This document shows, piece by piece, positions 38,900-50,950 of a stretch of DNA of 64,000 nt. The position numbers and the translations under genes were made by a program. The stretch lies in NCBI RefSeq assembly GCF_009914755.1, contig NC_060927.1. The stretch is one strand, 5' to 3'. Origin of the DNA: the human T2T-CHM13v2.0 reference genome, Homo sapiens. The notes under the pieces are model-generated. The model made no database searches and had not been told where the DNA came from. It saw only the letters and a program-made list of their open reading frames with translations. Position 1 is the first letter of the stretch. Every line of letters begins with the position of its first letter.

Positions 38900-39460
38900 C
38901 TCTGCAGTATTTTTGATCCCTGGCCTTAGTCTTCACCATTCTACAGGCAAACCCTCCACAGTGATCATCCAGCAGCCAAGTGCGTTGGTTTTTTCTTCTC
39001 TCTAAGCACATTGCAACCCCATAGTCTGTGTGCCACTGTTTCCTCTGCCCATGGTGCTGAGACACCCGCATGGCCCGTTTCCCCACTTCATTCATGCCCA
39101 TACAAATAATAATATCGGCATGTTAAGGAGGCCTCTCCTGACCCCACTGTCTAAGAAGGCCCCTCTCCCCATGGCATGCTCTTTCTCCTTGCCCTGTTTT
39201 ATTTTCTTCACAACATCTGCCACCACCTGACATTATATTAAGTAGAACCACATGAGAATGCACATTTTGTAGGTCAAAACCGGACAAATACTGGCAATTT
39301 CTTGTGGTTTGATTTAACATATTAATTTGCTCATTTTCTATCCTCTCCTCCTTAAAATGTAAGCTCATTGAGGACAGACTCTGGTTTGCTCACTGTTCTA
39401 TCCTCAGGCCCCAGAACAGTAGCAGGCACATAGTGGATGCTCAGTACATATTTGTCAGAC
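38900..39460 (+). mobile_element. L2a 3' region hosting MADE2
   Basis: GAGGCCTCTCCTGACC...AATGTAAGCTCATTGAGGACAG...AGAACAGTAGCAGGCACATAGTGGATGCTCAGTACATATTTGT. Confidence 0.75.
39238..39317. mobile_element. MADE2 (Hsmar2-derived MITE)
   Basis: 80 bp TTAAGTAGAACCACATGAGAATG...TTTTGTAGGTCAAAA...GGCAATTTCTTGTGGTTTGATTTAA, preceded by TA. Confidence 0.8.
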
Positions 39461-40624
39461 ACAAACATTTTGAGATGCTCTTCATGATCTTTCTGTAGCA
39501 GTCACCAATAACCATAATCTCTTTGATATTGCACTGCTCTTCTGTCATTGTGACTTTTATCCTCCCTCTAATGTCTCCTCTCTGCCCATTCTCTGGCTTC
39601 TCACATCACTCCTTTCCAAAGGGGAATGTCCCAAAACGTTCAGGCCTGGCTGGCTGTTTCGCTCTGCCATTTCTTGCCTCCTCTGAAAGTCAGTCGTCCT
39701 CATGTGTTCATCTCTGAGTTTGGTGTAAATGACTTCCACATCTGTACCTGCAGCCGTGAGCTCAGTCCAAAGTGAGCAGTTAGTATTGGCATCAGTTGCA
39801 TATTGGACATTCTATTTTGGGTTGCCCATATCTTCAGAAATACAGTATTCCAAAAATTTACATCTTCCTTTATTTTTGAAAATGTTGACTTCATCACCTG
39901 GTGTCCCTTCTGCCCTTCACTACAAAACTGAAGCACTTGGGAAGTTCTTTGTCTCCTGCTTTGTCTGCAGGGACCCTCTTCCTTCTGTCACCAGCCCCCC
40001 CCACCCCCGCCGCATTGACTTTCCTTGAAATGCTTCTCACATTGGTCCCTTTCTTTTCTTTCTCTTGACAAATATCTTGATTAATGCTAGAGCCTTTTAT
40101 CTCACTGCTTCGTACCTTTTCCCTCAACCCTGCACATTGAGAACAGATTAACTTTTGTATAATATTTGAATAGGTTCATTATTCTACACCAAATATATCT
40201 TTAGACCCACCTGCAACTTTGTGAATATTTTGGTCTTTTTCCAGCCTGCTTTTCAAATCCCATTTCCTGTGATGCCTTCTGAACCGCTTAGCTCTCCAAC
40301 CCCATTGGATTCCTTGCTCTTGCTTGAAGATGCAGCACATATTCCCAGTGGCAGCAGCCCTAGGTGTTCTGGGAGGCTAGCCCTTCTTGAGATCCCCATC
40401 AGCTTCTCTTCTTTTAGGTAGGATCCGTGTGCCTCCTCTGCAAACATAGCTGCAAAGAATTACATCTTTGAGCAGCCCTTCCCCCGCAAACAGATTTTCA
40501 TCTGAAGTCCCTCCTACAGAGAAATTCTAGAGCTGCCACTGCATATCCCTGTCTCCATCTTTGCTGACTTTGTTTCCTTCCCCCAGAAACTCCTTTCTGT
40601 GAATCAAATCCTTATCACAGGAGA

Positions 40625-40825
40625 CAGTACAGGAGAGTGGTTCAGAGCATGAGTTATGGTGTCCAGGTAACTGGAGCTTGAGTCTTAACCTTTTACACTC
40701 CCTTGCTGGGTTACCCATCAGCAAAATTCAGCTGTTTAATGAAGGCAATATTTGTAAAGGGCTTAGCACAGTGCCTGGCATATCTTAAGTATCATTAGCA
40801 TCAGCATCATCATTCTTCATCATAA
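40625..40825 (+). mobile_element. MIR SINE
   Basis: GTGGTTCAGAGCATGAG...TGTAAAGGGCTTAGCACAGTGCCTGGCATAT. Confidence 0.7.
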
Positions 40826-42506
40826 TTTAAGGGCCACTGTCTACAGTAAATCTTTTCCTACAAGGTCAGTCCTCAGATCTCACCTCCTAATTCCTATTGC
40901 ACTTCTTGTCTGGGCTATTCAGAATACATCCACTTTACATTTCATGATTATATGACTAGGTTGTAAGCTCTCAGAGGGCTGGAACCATGTCTTACCCTTC
41001 TGTGGGTCCAGTTCTAAGTGCCAGATCTATACATGGCTTTCCACAAATATCTGTGGGATAAAAAATTATTTGAGACTGTGAATGAAGCACAAAGCTGTAT
41101 TAAAACAGAGTTCCAGTGCCTTGTCATTTAATCAGAAGGAAAATGCCCTGTGTTTCTGTCTATTGTGCTGTCTTAAAATAGGAATAATGAAATATACCAA
41201 GTACGTACTAATTTGGCAGTCATTCTCAGAAATCTGGGACTTTACACTTTAATTAAGCACTTGTAGTTAAGCGTTTGGCCAGAAGATGGTGCAGTGTTCA
41301 AGGGATCCTTCTCTCTCAAAGTCAAAACTGATTTTCAAGGAATAATATTGCAATCCGACCAAGTCTATAAAGAAATGGGAGAAAGTGATGCCAGTTCAGC
41401 TTTGACACCATCCTAGGGCTTAGCAAGTGTCATGCTTTCATGTAGTTTCTTCCTTCCTACTGCCTAGCATAATGAGCTGGAGGACTCTTCTAATTAGCTA
41501 AATATTATTGTACATCAGAGTGGGGCCATGCTTCCTGTACATTCTTATTTGGGTTTTGCCAGCCAAGGGAAGAAAGCTGTTAGAGGCAGGAGCAGATGTA
41601 AGGAAGGCACAAAACATGCCAAGAAGTCATGGCGCGTCTTTGCTATTGGATGAGTCATTTTACTTCTCATGTTTTTATTCTGATATTAGTAGGAATTCTT
41701 CAAGTCAATATGTCTTACTGGAAAAATCTTTTGTGTGTGGTGTGTGTATGCATGGCGTGTGTACAGTGTGTATGTCAAAGTTTTCTCTACCCCTGAAAAA
41801 GTTATATAAATAGGATTTGATTGCTAAAATATCCAACGTAAAATGCAGACTGACATAATCTTCTCATTATTATTATCTTTAATGCAATGTAATGTACTGA
41901 GCCAGAAAAATAATACTGCAGTTTGATTTCAGATGTGCTGTTTACATTGGTTGGAAACTAATTTAAAGAAGAAGACTCAAAGTTGGTGCTGATCAGCCAT
42001 CTTTTATCAAGTTTGTGTATCATACACTTGTTCCATTTTTTTATTTTTTTTGCTATGTAAAGTCTTCTGAAAATTGAAAACTAATTTATTATCATGTAGT
42101 TATTAGCACAATCACAAAAGAGGTCACTGGTCTTTCCTTTAATTTCTGTCACAGGCTGCAGGCCGTATTATGCTAAATCAAGGATACGGGGAGATAATTA
42201 ACATAGCAACTCTGGCAATTTTAATAGGTGAGTGATGAACATTTAGAGTTTGGCTTCGAAATCCATGTCTTAATTACCACCCGCCTGCGTGCAGTGACGA
42301 GGATGGGGCTCTAGCACACCTATTACAGATACAGTCTGTTGGGCCAAAGTTTTCATGAGTTGTCCATAAAACTATTATTAGATTGAGAGACTTCAAGGCA
42401 AGAAAGAAAGAAAAGTGCTTTGTGTTTTGTTTTTTTTAGAAAAAAAAATGTGAGAAATCTGAAGCCATTCCAATGTGTGCCTCTTTCAGAAGTATCCACT
42501 CTACTG

Positions 42507-42729
42507 CAAGAGTTCTCCCTGGGGGGCTGTTGTCCTCTGTGGGACATATGGTACCGTCTAGAGACATTTTTGGTTGTCACATCTGGGGGAGGATGCTATT
42601 TGCATCTCGTGGGTAGAAGCCAGGGATCCTGCTAAACCTCCTACAATGCACAGCACAGCCACCCCCACAACACACACACAATAAAAAATTGGCCCCAAAT
42701 GTTAATAGCGCCAAGGTGCAGAAACCCTG
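42507..42729 (+). mobile_element. MER20, near full length
   Basis: GAGACATTTTTGGTTGTCACA...GGGTAGAAGCCAGGGATCCTGCTAAAC...CAGAAACCCTG. Confidence 0.9.
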
Positions 42730-45700
42730 CCCCAGAACTGCCCACTCCATCCCTTGTTATTTTTCACCGCTGGTTGCCAACAGGTGTCACCGCAGGCCCA
42801 TTTCTATCTGCAGCATTATCAAAGAGAGTCCATAAACTCTTGTAACATATGGAACGAAATCCCAACTGCAAAGCTTTTGTGGAAGGCAGTTACATGCTGG
42901 TGAGCTGAGGCCTATGTAACCAAAATTGATCAATTACACAAATTAAGCATAGCCCTTAAGGAATTTATTTTATTGGTCTGGACATCTGTTGCAGTATTGT
43001 CCAAATCCAAAACTCAAATGGTGCCTCGGGTTGCCAAGTTAGGCAAGAAAATCTAGTAGCTATAAAAGTACAACTGAAAACCCTATATTAATATCACGTC
43101 CATCTGCTGAATGTTACATAAATATGCAGACTTTTTATTTTCCTTGGGAATAACATTTATTTTTACAGTGCCCAGTTTGACATTCTTATGACATTCTGTT
43201 CAGTTTATTACATTGTAACTTCAAATGTTTCTTCAAAAATGCATTTATAATGTTGTTGTTAATCTTTTTTCAAGGGTCTGTACCACCTGTTTAACTTATA
43301 GTTAAATAGAGAAGTCCTTTTTCTTATAGGAAGAATGGGAAATCTTTGGACAAAGAGTCTCAGAAAAGATTTTGAGTAACACTTGTGTAGTGTAAAGGGA
43401 AATTATATAACAGCCATGAATGCTAATATTCCATCCTGCTCTTTTACAAGTTGAAATGTAATCTCCATTTTAAACTAAATTAGCATCATTTCCAAACAGA
43501 GTATCATATTTATATCAGATTTATACAACCACATCAGATTACTATTAACATGTAAAATAGTCTCTTTTATGCTGCTGGTAAAAAATAGATTGAAGAGAAT
43601 GATTTGATTTCCACTTTAATGTCAGGGATTTAAATTAATCTGAGTGGACATGTTTAGGTTGAGAGTTGCTCCAACATTGAAGAAACAGCAGGTAGGGGCG
43701 GCTTTACCTTAAGAACCTGTTGTGATCCTGGCACGAAGAAAACCTTGCAGTTATAAAAGTACATCTGAAAATCATGATGTTCCTATCATGTCCATCTGCC
43801 GAATGTTAAATAAATATGTTGGTTGGTTATTTAAATATGTTCAGTGGCTAAGCCAACTGGAAAATTATAGGATATGTGTAGGAAAACTTAGAGGACATTT
43901 TTCTTCATGTTTTTCCCCTTCATTCTCAGTCTATATATTCAGGAAAACACTTTTTAGTAGTCAATTGTTGAAAGAATTCTAATCTAATAATAAGACCATC
44001 TAGAAGGGTCAGGGAAACTTAAAAGCAAAACCAGAACTGAACAAACAAACAAACAAAAAAACCAAGGCAAACAAAACTTGGCACAGGTATCGGAGAGATT
44101 TCCTTACGGTATTTTCCATTTTAAAAGAAGAAAAAGATAGATAGAATTTTATCAAATTTATTTTAAAAGAACACTTTTAACTGTAAAAGTGGTTCATGTT
44201 TACTATGGGACATTTAAGTAATATGAATCTAAAAGTGTATTCAAATAATTTAATTTTAAAATTTTAAGTGAAAATATATTAACCCATAATTAGATGGGTG
44301 GGAGATTCAAGAAAAGGGTAACAATAGGTACTGGTTTTTTTCTTACTAGAAATTCATGATTCATTGACTGTCATTTGTACCAGAATTCTTATATACCCCT
44401 CCACCTCGCCCCCACTTGGAACTAAAGAAAGGAGGGTTGTCTGGATAAAACCCAAATACATTCACTTTTAGGGAAACACATTTCCATTGTAAAAGAAGAT
44501 AAACTTTCAGGGAAATGAGGAAGATGTCTGAGAGTCTGAATTGGTCAAGAAGGCAAGAAGAGCCAGTTTCTTGTCATTTATGCATTGGTGGACTAATCCT
44601 GTTTGAAATAAGATAAGCTGCAGCTGTGCCTGTACTGGAAAAGGAGGAGCATAACTCCTGCAATGTCACCTGCAAAGAATTTTCATGCCAGAGGTTGCCT
44701 TATAGTAATGTGGGGTGAATAACTCATTGAGGTAGGGTGACATAAAGGAGCATCTACCATGTACATGGGAGACCTGATTTTTTGCCCTGCTTTTGCTACT
44801 GTCATTTCCAAATCAAATCAGTTATTCCATTTTTAAAATAACCAACATGGAAACTGTTTCACAAAACAATTTGTAGTGGTGGGGGTAGAGTCTATAAAAA
44901 GGTATCCATATCTCTGAATTCAGCAGTTTATAAATATCTAGGAGGCCTTGTGATTTATATTCATGCACCCAGTTATGTAGATGGATGGTTGAGAAGAGAA
45001 GGTAACTTGCTTTTGGAGAGATAGACTCTAACTGGCCAAACTAAGAATAACTCTTTTGATTCCCAATAGTCTTAAAACCAACAAGCATTTTCTTTTCCTG
45101 TTATAGAACCGCTGCATTTATTGAAGTCATGAGCCCGTAGTCTATCTTTAGACTCCTGATGTAATTTCTGAATCACCAACCATTTCTGAGACCACAAGAT
45201 ATTTAAAAATAAGATAAGAAATATTGACTGAGACTCCCTGAAGCCTGCAAGGGAAACGAAGATACCGCGGCAGAGGTTTACAGTGGAATTTCTCTCCTGT
45301 AGTTCGTGCACATTGAAAATGACATGATCTATCCCAAGGAATAGCTTAAGACCTGATCCACTTAAACAGCTCCAAGTGATTTATCATAAATGTGCTTATT
45401 TGGAAGGTTTAGCAGTAACCGCTTATGGGAGGTGGTGGGGTTAACTACCAAAATTGTACATAACTTGGATCCTGTGTATGGCAATTAATCAAGAAATTAT
45501 ATTCTTTGACTTTCTAACAACCCACACAGAGTGCTACATCTGTGGCATGTTTAAAGAGAGAGCGAGGGATGAAATATTTCTTCTAATAAAATGCTAATGG
45601 CTTTGTTTTGGAGAAAAAATATTGGATTATTGTGGTGTTAGATTTATCTGTATGAGGATTTCTCGAGTCACAGTCAGTAAGTACTTCTGACAGAAAACCA

Positions 45701-46204
45701 GCTATGTCCTGAATACAATATCCCAGTCTTCTAAATGACTTCAGGATTATGGAGAGGCCCCTTTATAATACTGAAGAAAGAACACAGGAATAAATGGTGT
45801 GATAGAGAACTGTAGCAGTCGAAGTTATTACTGTGAGCATTTGTTAAATGTTCAAGAGTATTTATTTAACCCAAAGCACATTGGAATATGTTAATTAAGA
45901 CAGGTGAGGCATCCCATTGATTTGTGGTGTCTCATGGGCATAACTTGCACCCACTTAGTTGCTCTAGTCCTTAGGTTTTCAAGATTTTGCGGGGATGCCT
46001 ACTGTGGTTAGGAACCCAGAGCTCACTCCTTGGAGGGTTAGTTTCACAAATTCAATATCTGAAAACCTAAAAGTACCATCATCTAAAAAGAAAAATTTGG
46101 GGCAACAAAAGCGCCAAAGTATAATGTCATTTTCATTCCTATGATCCTTTGTGATGTGGTTCAAATGGCTTATTTTAATATTTCACTTTTCAATCAGTAG
46201 CTTT

Positions 46205-46420
46205 TTAAAAATGACAATTTCACAAATGCTTATGGAGCATCTACTTTGTGCCTACACTGGCCAAGAGACAGAAAGATGGAATAATACCTGACTTCTACCT
46301 TTTAAGATCTCATAGTGCAGCAAAACAGAGAGCTGTAGCAAATATTTGTAATGTGAAAAGAGCAACACTCATGAAACAGTCCAGTGCTGGACACTTACTG
46401 TAGTAGAGACACTGCATCAA
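46205..46420 (-). mobile_element. L2 3' fragment
   Basis: CACAAATGCTTATGGAGCATCTACTTTGTGCC. Confidence 0.55.
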
Positions 46421-46514
46421 TGATTCTCTTTTACAGGCAAGGGAACTGAAGCTTGTAGAGAGGTTAGATCACACAGTTAACAAGAAGAGGGACAAGCATT
46501 TACCGGAAGCCCTG

Positions 46515-46748
46515 TGTGGTTCTGGATACTCACATAGTGCTTGCCAGACGCCCGGCATTGTGTTTAGGGCTTTACACTCATGACCTCACTCGGTCCTCAT
46601 GACAACCCTATGCAGGGGATACTATAATTATCCCCATTTCACAGATGAGCAAACTGAGCTCTGAGAAGGAGCAACTTGACCAAGGTCATGTAGGTAATGT
46701 CAGAGCAGCAATTTGAATATAGGCTCTTGACAACTAAACTTTACTGCT
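46515..46748 (-). mobile_element. MIR SINE, near full length
   Basis: GACAACCCTATG...ATTATCCCCATTTCACAGATGAGCAAACTGAGCTCTGAG...ACTTGACCAAGGTCA. Confidence 0.85.
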
Positions 46749-47049
46749 GTGAGATGTAGAGGCATTTCTGCCTGGAGCTGCGGGAAGGTACAGAGATTAG
46801 GGCAAATAAATTATAAGAAGATTAGAAATATGGTCTTGATAAGGACTTTGAAGATAATGCTTATATCAGACTTCCTTCTGATCTGAGTCAATTGAAGGAT
46901 GTATTTTTGAACCTTTCAGAAATCTCTCTATAAGTTATAGATCTGAATTTTAGTGAGAATCTATTCCATTCCTCGGAGTGCGAAAATCCAACACAATGTC
47001 TGGGAATTCAGACTTATAAAAATCATACAGAAGTAATTCTTAAAAAATC

Positions 47050-47310
47050 TTTTATTTTGAAGTAATTGTAGGCTCATAAGAGGTTGTAAAAATAAGAGAG
47101 TTATAGTATGCCCTTCACCCAGCTTCCTCCAAAGTTAACGTTTTATATAACCATAGTACATATCAAAAGTGGGAAATAGACTTTGACAAAATACTATTCA
47201 TTAGACCACAGATCATATGGGGATTTCATTAGTTTTTAGATGCACTCTATTGTTTTGTATAGTTCTTTTCCATTTTATCACCTGTATAGATTTGTGTAAC
47301 CACCAAGAAG
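47050..47310 (-). mobile_element. L1MC1/2-type 3' end
   Basis: TTTTATTTTGAAGTAATTGTAGGCTCA...CCCTTCACCCAGCTTCC...TATAACCATAGTACA...TAGATTTGTGTAACCACCA. Confidence 0.8.
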
Positions 47311-48384
47311 TAATTTGTTTTAAGCTGGCATAAAGAAAAAATAAAATAAATTGTTTTGAACAATCTATCATTTTGTTGTATGGTATTGTTATGTTTAGGG
47401 GCTGCTTTGCCAAATATCTTACTCTTTTAAAATAATTTATGTTTTAATGGAATATTACCATGGTGTAAGAATGATTATTCATAGTAGAAAAAGGTTGCTA
47501 AAAAAAAAAAATCCCCTTGGGGGACATAAATTGATCCCATTAAGAAAAATAAGGTTTCCATATATTTATTACTTAAAGCTTACTTGTTAGATTTAATTTT
47601 TAAACATTTACAGATGGCAGTGATAGGCTCTTGATTTTTCTATGTATTTCTGTGTATCTCAAATGAGTATGAGCAATACTGTATTGAGGTGTATATTGAA
47701 AGACATCGTCTTATATTAACATGGGAAACTGTCTATTGCCATTCAGAGCTTTTTATTTTGTAGCTCTTGTTTGGAAGAAGGATATGGAGGTAAAAACCCA
47801 AATTTTTAGTATGTTCCTAAAAGCCCCAGACGTCTGAGCTTAAAAAGGGGTTAAATTTTAATGAAAACATACCCTCTAGTCAATGTGCTTTAAATTATAA
47901 TTTTAAAAGCCAATCATTTTCTTTTTTGACTGACATGTGGCATTTTGGAGAAATTTTTAAATCTTTAAAATCTGTAAGAAATGAATTTGGGGGTCTTATA
48001 GGTATCGTATTTAGAACAGGGAAAAAAAAGGGATAGCTCATAGTGAAGGGGTTGAATTAAAATCATTTGTAATTATGCATCACAAAGAGGTACAATCACA
48101 GTGCATCCATTTATACGTGCATCTGTGCATCTGCCTCTGACCCCAGCTTTCTGGTTTCTGTCTCCTTTCTTTACAAAATCTTCAGTTATGCGTAGATGCA
48201 CACATTAGAGAGGAAATTGGGGCTAATGATTTAGGAATGTGCTAATTAATTCTCATTATGTTCTATGAACCGAAAGAAATAGTGAAAGGTTGTCTGCATA
48301 TGCGTATACACTATGTATATTTTTCCACAGTGTTTTCTTCTGAAGGAAAGTTATGCTGGTTTTTTTTTCTTTTTTTCTTTTTAG

Positions 48385-48474
48385 GTTCTTACACACAGTG
48401 ACAGCTAGCAGAGTCTAAAATGCTGACATTATGACTTAGAGATGTGATAAAGAGAAACATCTATTGCATTTTCT
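48385..48474 (+). other. Candidate non-coding or poison cassette exon (90 nt)
   Basis: 23-nt pure pyrimidine tract ending TTAG|G and donor TCT|GTAAGT; stop codons in all three frames; no transcript evidence available. Confidence 0.4.
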
Positions 48475-48859
48475 GTAAGTAAATGTGGTGCCGGCATTGA
48501 GAGAACATACGTAATCAGATACCTGTTCTCCCTGAGTTTCTTAATTTAAGCCTCGCGATTCCTAATTAGCAGTTAGATTGCATCCATTGTTATTTTGTCT
48601 TTGGTTATCAATGATGATCAACCTTTGCTAAACAAAGATATGTCATCATGCTGGGGACACTCATGGATTTTTTTTTAAAGGTTTTAACATTTGATAATAG
48701 GTTTTCCAATAGCTTGAAGGGTAGCTTTTAACATTTCTTTTCCAGCTGAAGTATTTCCTGAGTTCTGTCCAAGCCCTCTGTAGTTAAAGAAAAGGCTTTT
48801 TGACACTGAATAGACAATGTTGTGGCTTTTTTTTTCCTTCTTCAGACAAATGTATAGGC

Positions 48860-49460
48860 ATTTAGACCGCCACGTTGTACTCTCGTAATTGAGATACCTT
48901 GCAGAAATGGCAATTAAGGGTGACTCGTGTCAAAAATATTCAGGACAAATTACATTTTACTGATTTTTAAAAACTTTCAAAGGTACTCTCTCCTCTTTCT
49001 TTCTCCTTTCTCTCTTCCTGCCTCCCTCCCACCCGCTCCTCGTTTTTTCTTTTAAATATTAAGTAAACTATTTGCATTTTTACGTCTCATCAAAGTTGTT
49101 CCAGGTTTTTTCTGGGTTTACTGAAACTCCAAATCGACTACTCAGATCAAAACAATTAGTGAAGTCTAAGGTATTCTTAATTCCTGAAATGAAAACAGAA
49201 TGGACGTTCGGGACGTTCTGTTTTGCTCTGGCTACCCGCTTGGCTTCTCGCTCAGAATATTCTTGCTCTCAAGTTAGTTCCAGTTCTGTTTATTTTGTCC
49301 TGAGCTCAGTGAACTTTCCAAAGCCCTACTCTTCAAACAACACTTTTTTTCCCCCGCCCCGTGAGCTGGAGTTTATTTTGTGCTCACCCTTCATTCTGTG
49401 AGTTGTGAATAATTTTAACACAAAGAAAAAAAAATCTCCTCCTGACCACGGAGAGAAGAG
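48860..49460. promoter_or_regulatory. CpG-retaining candidate promoter or enhancer
   Basis: 16 CpGs in about 590 bp of non-repeat DNA, GC box CCCCCGCCCC at 49351-49360, TCF/LEF-like TTCAAAG and ATCAAAG. Confidence 0.4.
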
Positions 49461-50269
49461 GGGATTTTAGAATAAAGATAAAAATTGCTGTTTTAGCCCC
49501 CAAAGCAAAGGACTTGGGAAAGAAGAGAAAAGGGGGGAAAATAGAACAGCAAAGGAAAAAAAAAAAAAAAAAAACAGAAAAAAATTTTTTATAAGGGTGT
49601 CAGTACAAAACAGGTGTTTGATGAAGCTCAAGCAAAACAAATGACAAAGTTAGCATTGAAAGGCCAAATACGTGATACACATTTAAACTACTTAGGTAAA
49701 TTTATTTATGAAATAAATATGCAGTTTTTCAAATTTGAACATGGAGCAAATGTTTACAGATTGAAACTTATCATTTCTTGATTACCAGTATGAAGTAGGG
49801 CAATAGTCCTATTGAAAGCCATTCTTAATTGGGCTCATTGTAAATGTTTGGTTAAAAGAAAAGATTAAAGTGAGCTTTGGCCTCTGTGGAATGCTGAGGC
49901 TGGTGAAATTTCTGGTTCTAGCATTATCCTCAAATTGTCTCACAGAGAATTATATTTTACAAAGTTAGAAGGCGGAAGAACCCTACTCTTTGTTTTAGGT
50001 TTGCCTAGCATCCAGTCAGAGATGGGTAAATAAGGACAGAACCATGGGACTCCAGTGGCCTTACTTAGGAGGCCCATACTAATGGCAACGGCAAGACAGT
50101 GCTACATAGACATAAATAATCTGTGATTGCAGATGTGCAGGTACAGTATAAAAAAATTATTCTATCCTTATAGTCTTAGGTGTTGGCACATTTCTTTTGA
50201 GCCCATGTATAGAAGAGGACAACATGAAAAATGAAATATTCAAGCCGTGGAGAAAAAGAAAATATATTG

Positions 50270-50460
50270 TTGTATTTTATTTATGGAATGCCCACTATGT
50301 GCTGGTTCTCTACTGGCCCTAGAGAAGTACAGCTGTGATCAAGACAGACATAGTTCCTGCCCCCATGGAGCTTACAATCTATCGCAGAGCTAGACCAGGG
50401 AAAAGAGTATGAAGTGTGTAGAATGAGAAGTAGAGAGTGTTACAGGAACACCCAGAAAAC
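50270..50460 (-). mobile_element. L2 3' fragment
   Basis: TTTATGGAATGCCCACTATGTGCTGG...AAGACAGACATAGTTCCTGCCCCCATGGAGCTTACAATCTA. Confidence 0.75.
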
Positions 50461-50482
50461 TAAGGTTATTGGTTTAGTTGAT

Positions 50483-50595
50483 TTTTCCCCCTCTTTTTTT
50501 CTTCCCTCTTTTTCCTCTTCACCGTCTCTTTTCCTCTTCCCTTTCTTTCTCTCTTTCCCCTTTCCCTCTCTCTTTGTTCCTCTCTTTCCCTCTTG
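50483..50595. repeat. CT-rich low-complexity tract
   Basis: Seen directly. Confidence 0.8.
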
Positions 50596-50667
50596 ATCTT
50601 TATTTTCCAAACAGAATTCAGCCAAACTCATTTTTTAAAAGAGAAACAGTCTAACATTATTTAGAAA

Positions 50668-50950
50668 GAGCAGCATATTATAAGTGGTTACAGCCATAGA
50701 CTTGGAAGGGTGTGACCCAGATTGGAATCCTGGCTCTGCCATCAACTAGCCTGTATTCTTACTCAAAAGATATTATCTGTGTCTTCTTTTATTAAAAATA
50801 GGGCTAGAAATATGTACTTTTAGGAATTTATAGGAATTTTAGATGTGACCTTGTAAGTAAAGTCTCTGGCTTCCTTTCTAGCAGGTAGTGATCATGCTAA
50901 AATCGTTAGCTACTACCATATTATTATTATTACTATTACTATTATTATTT
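50668..50950 (+). mobile_element. MIR SINE with (TAT)n tail
   Basis: AGTGGTTACAGCCATAGAC...GATTGGAATCCTGGCTCTGCCATCAACTAGC. Confidence 0.7.
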
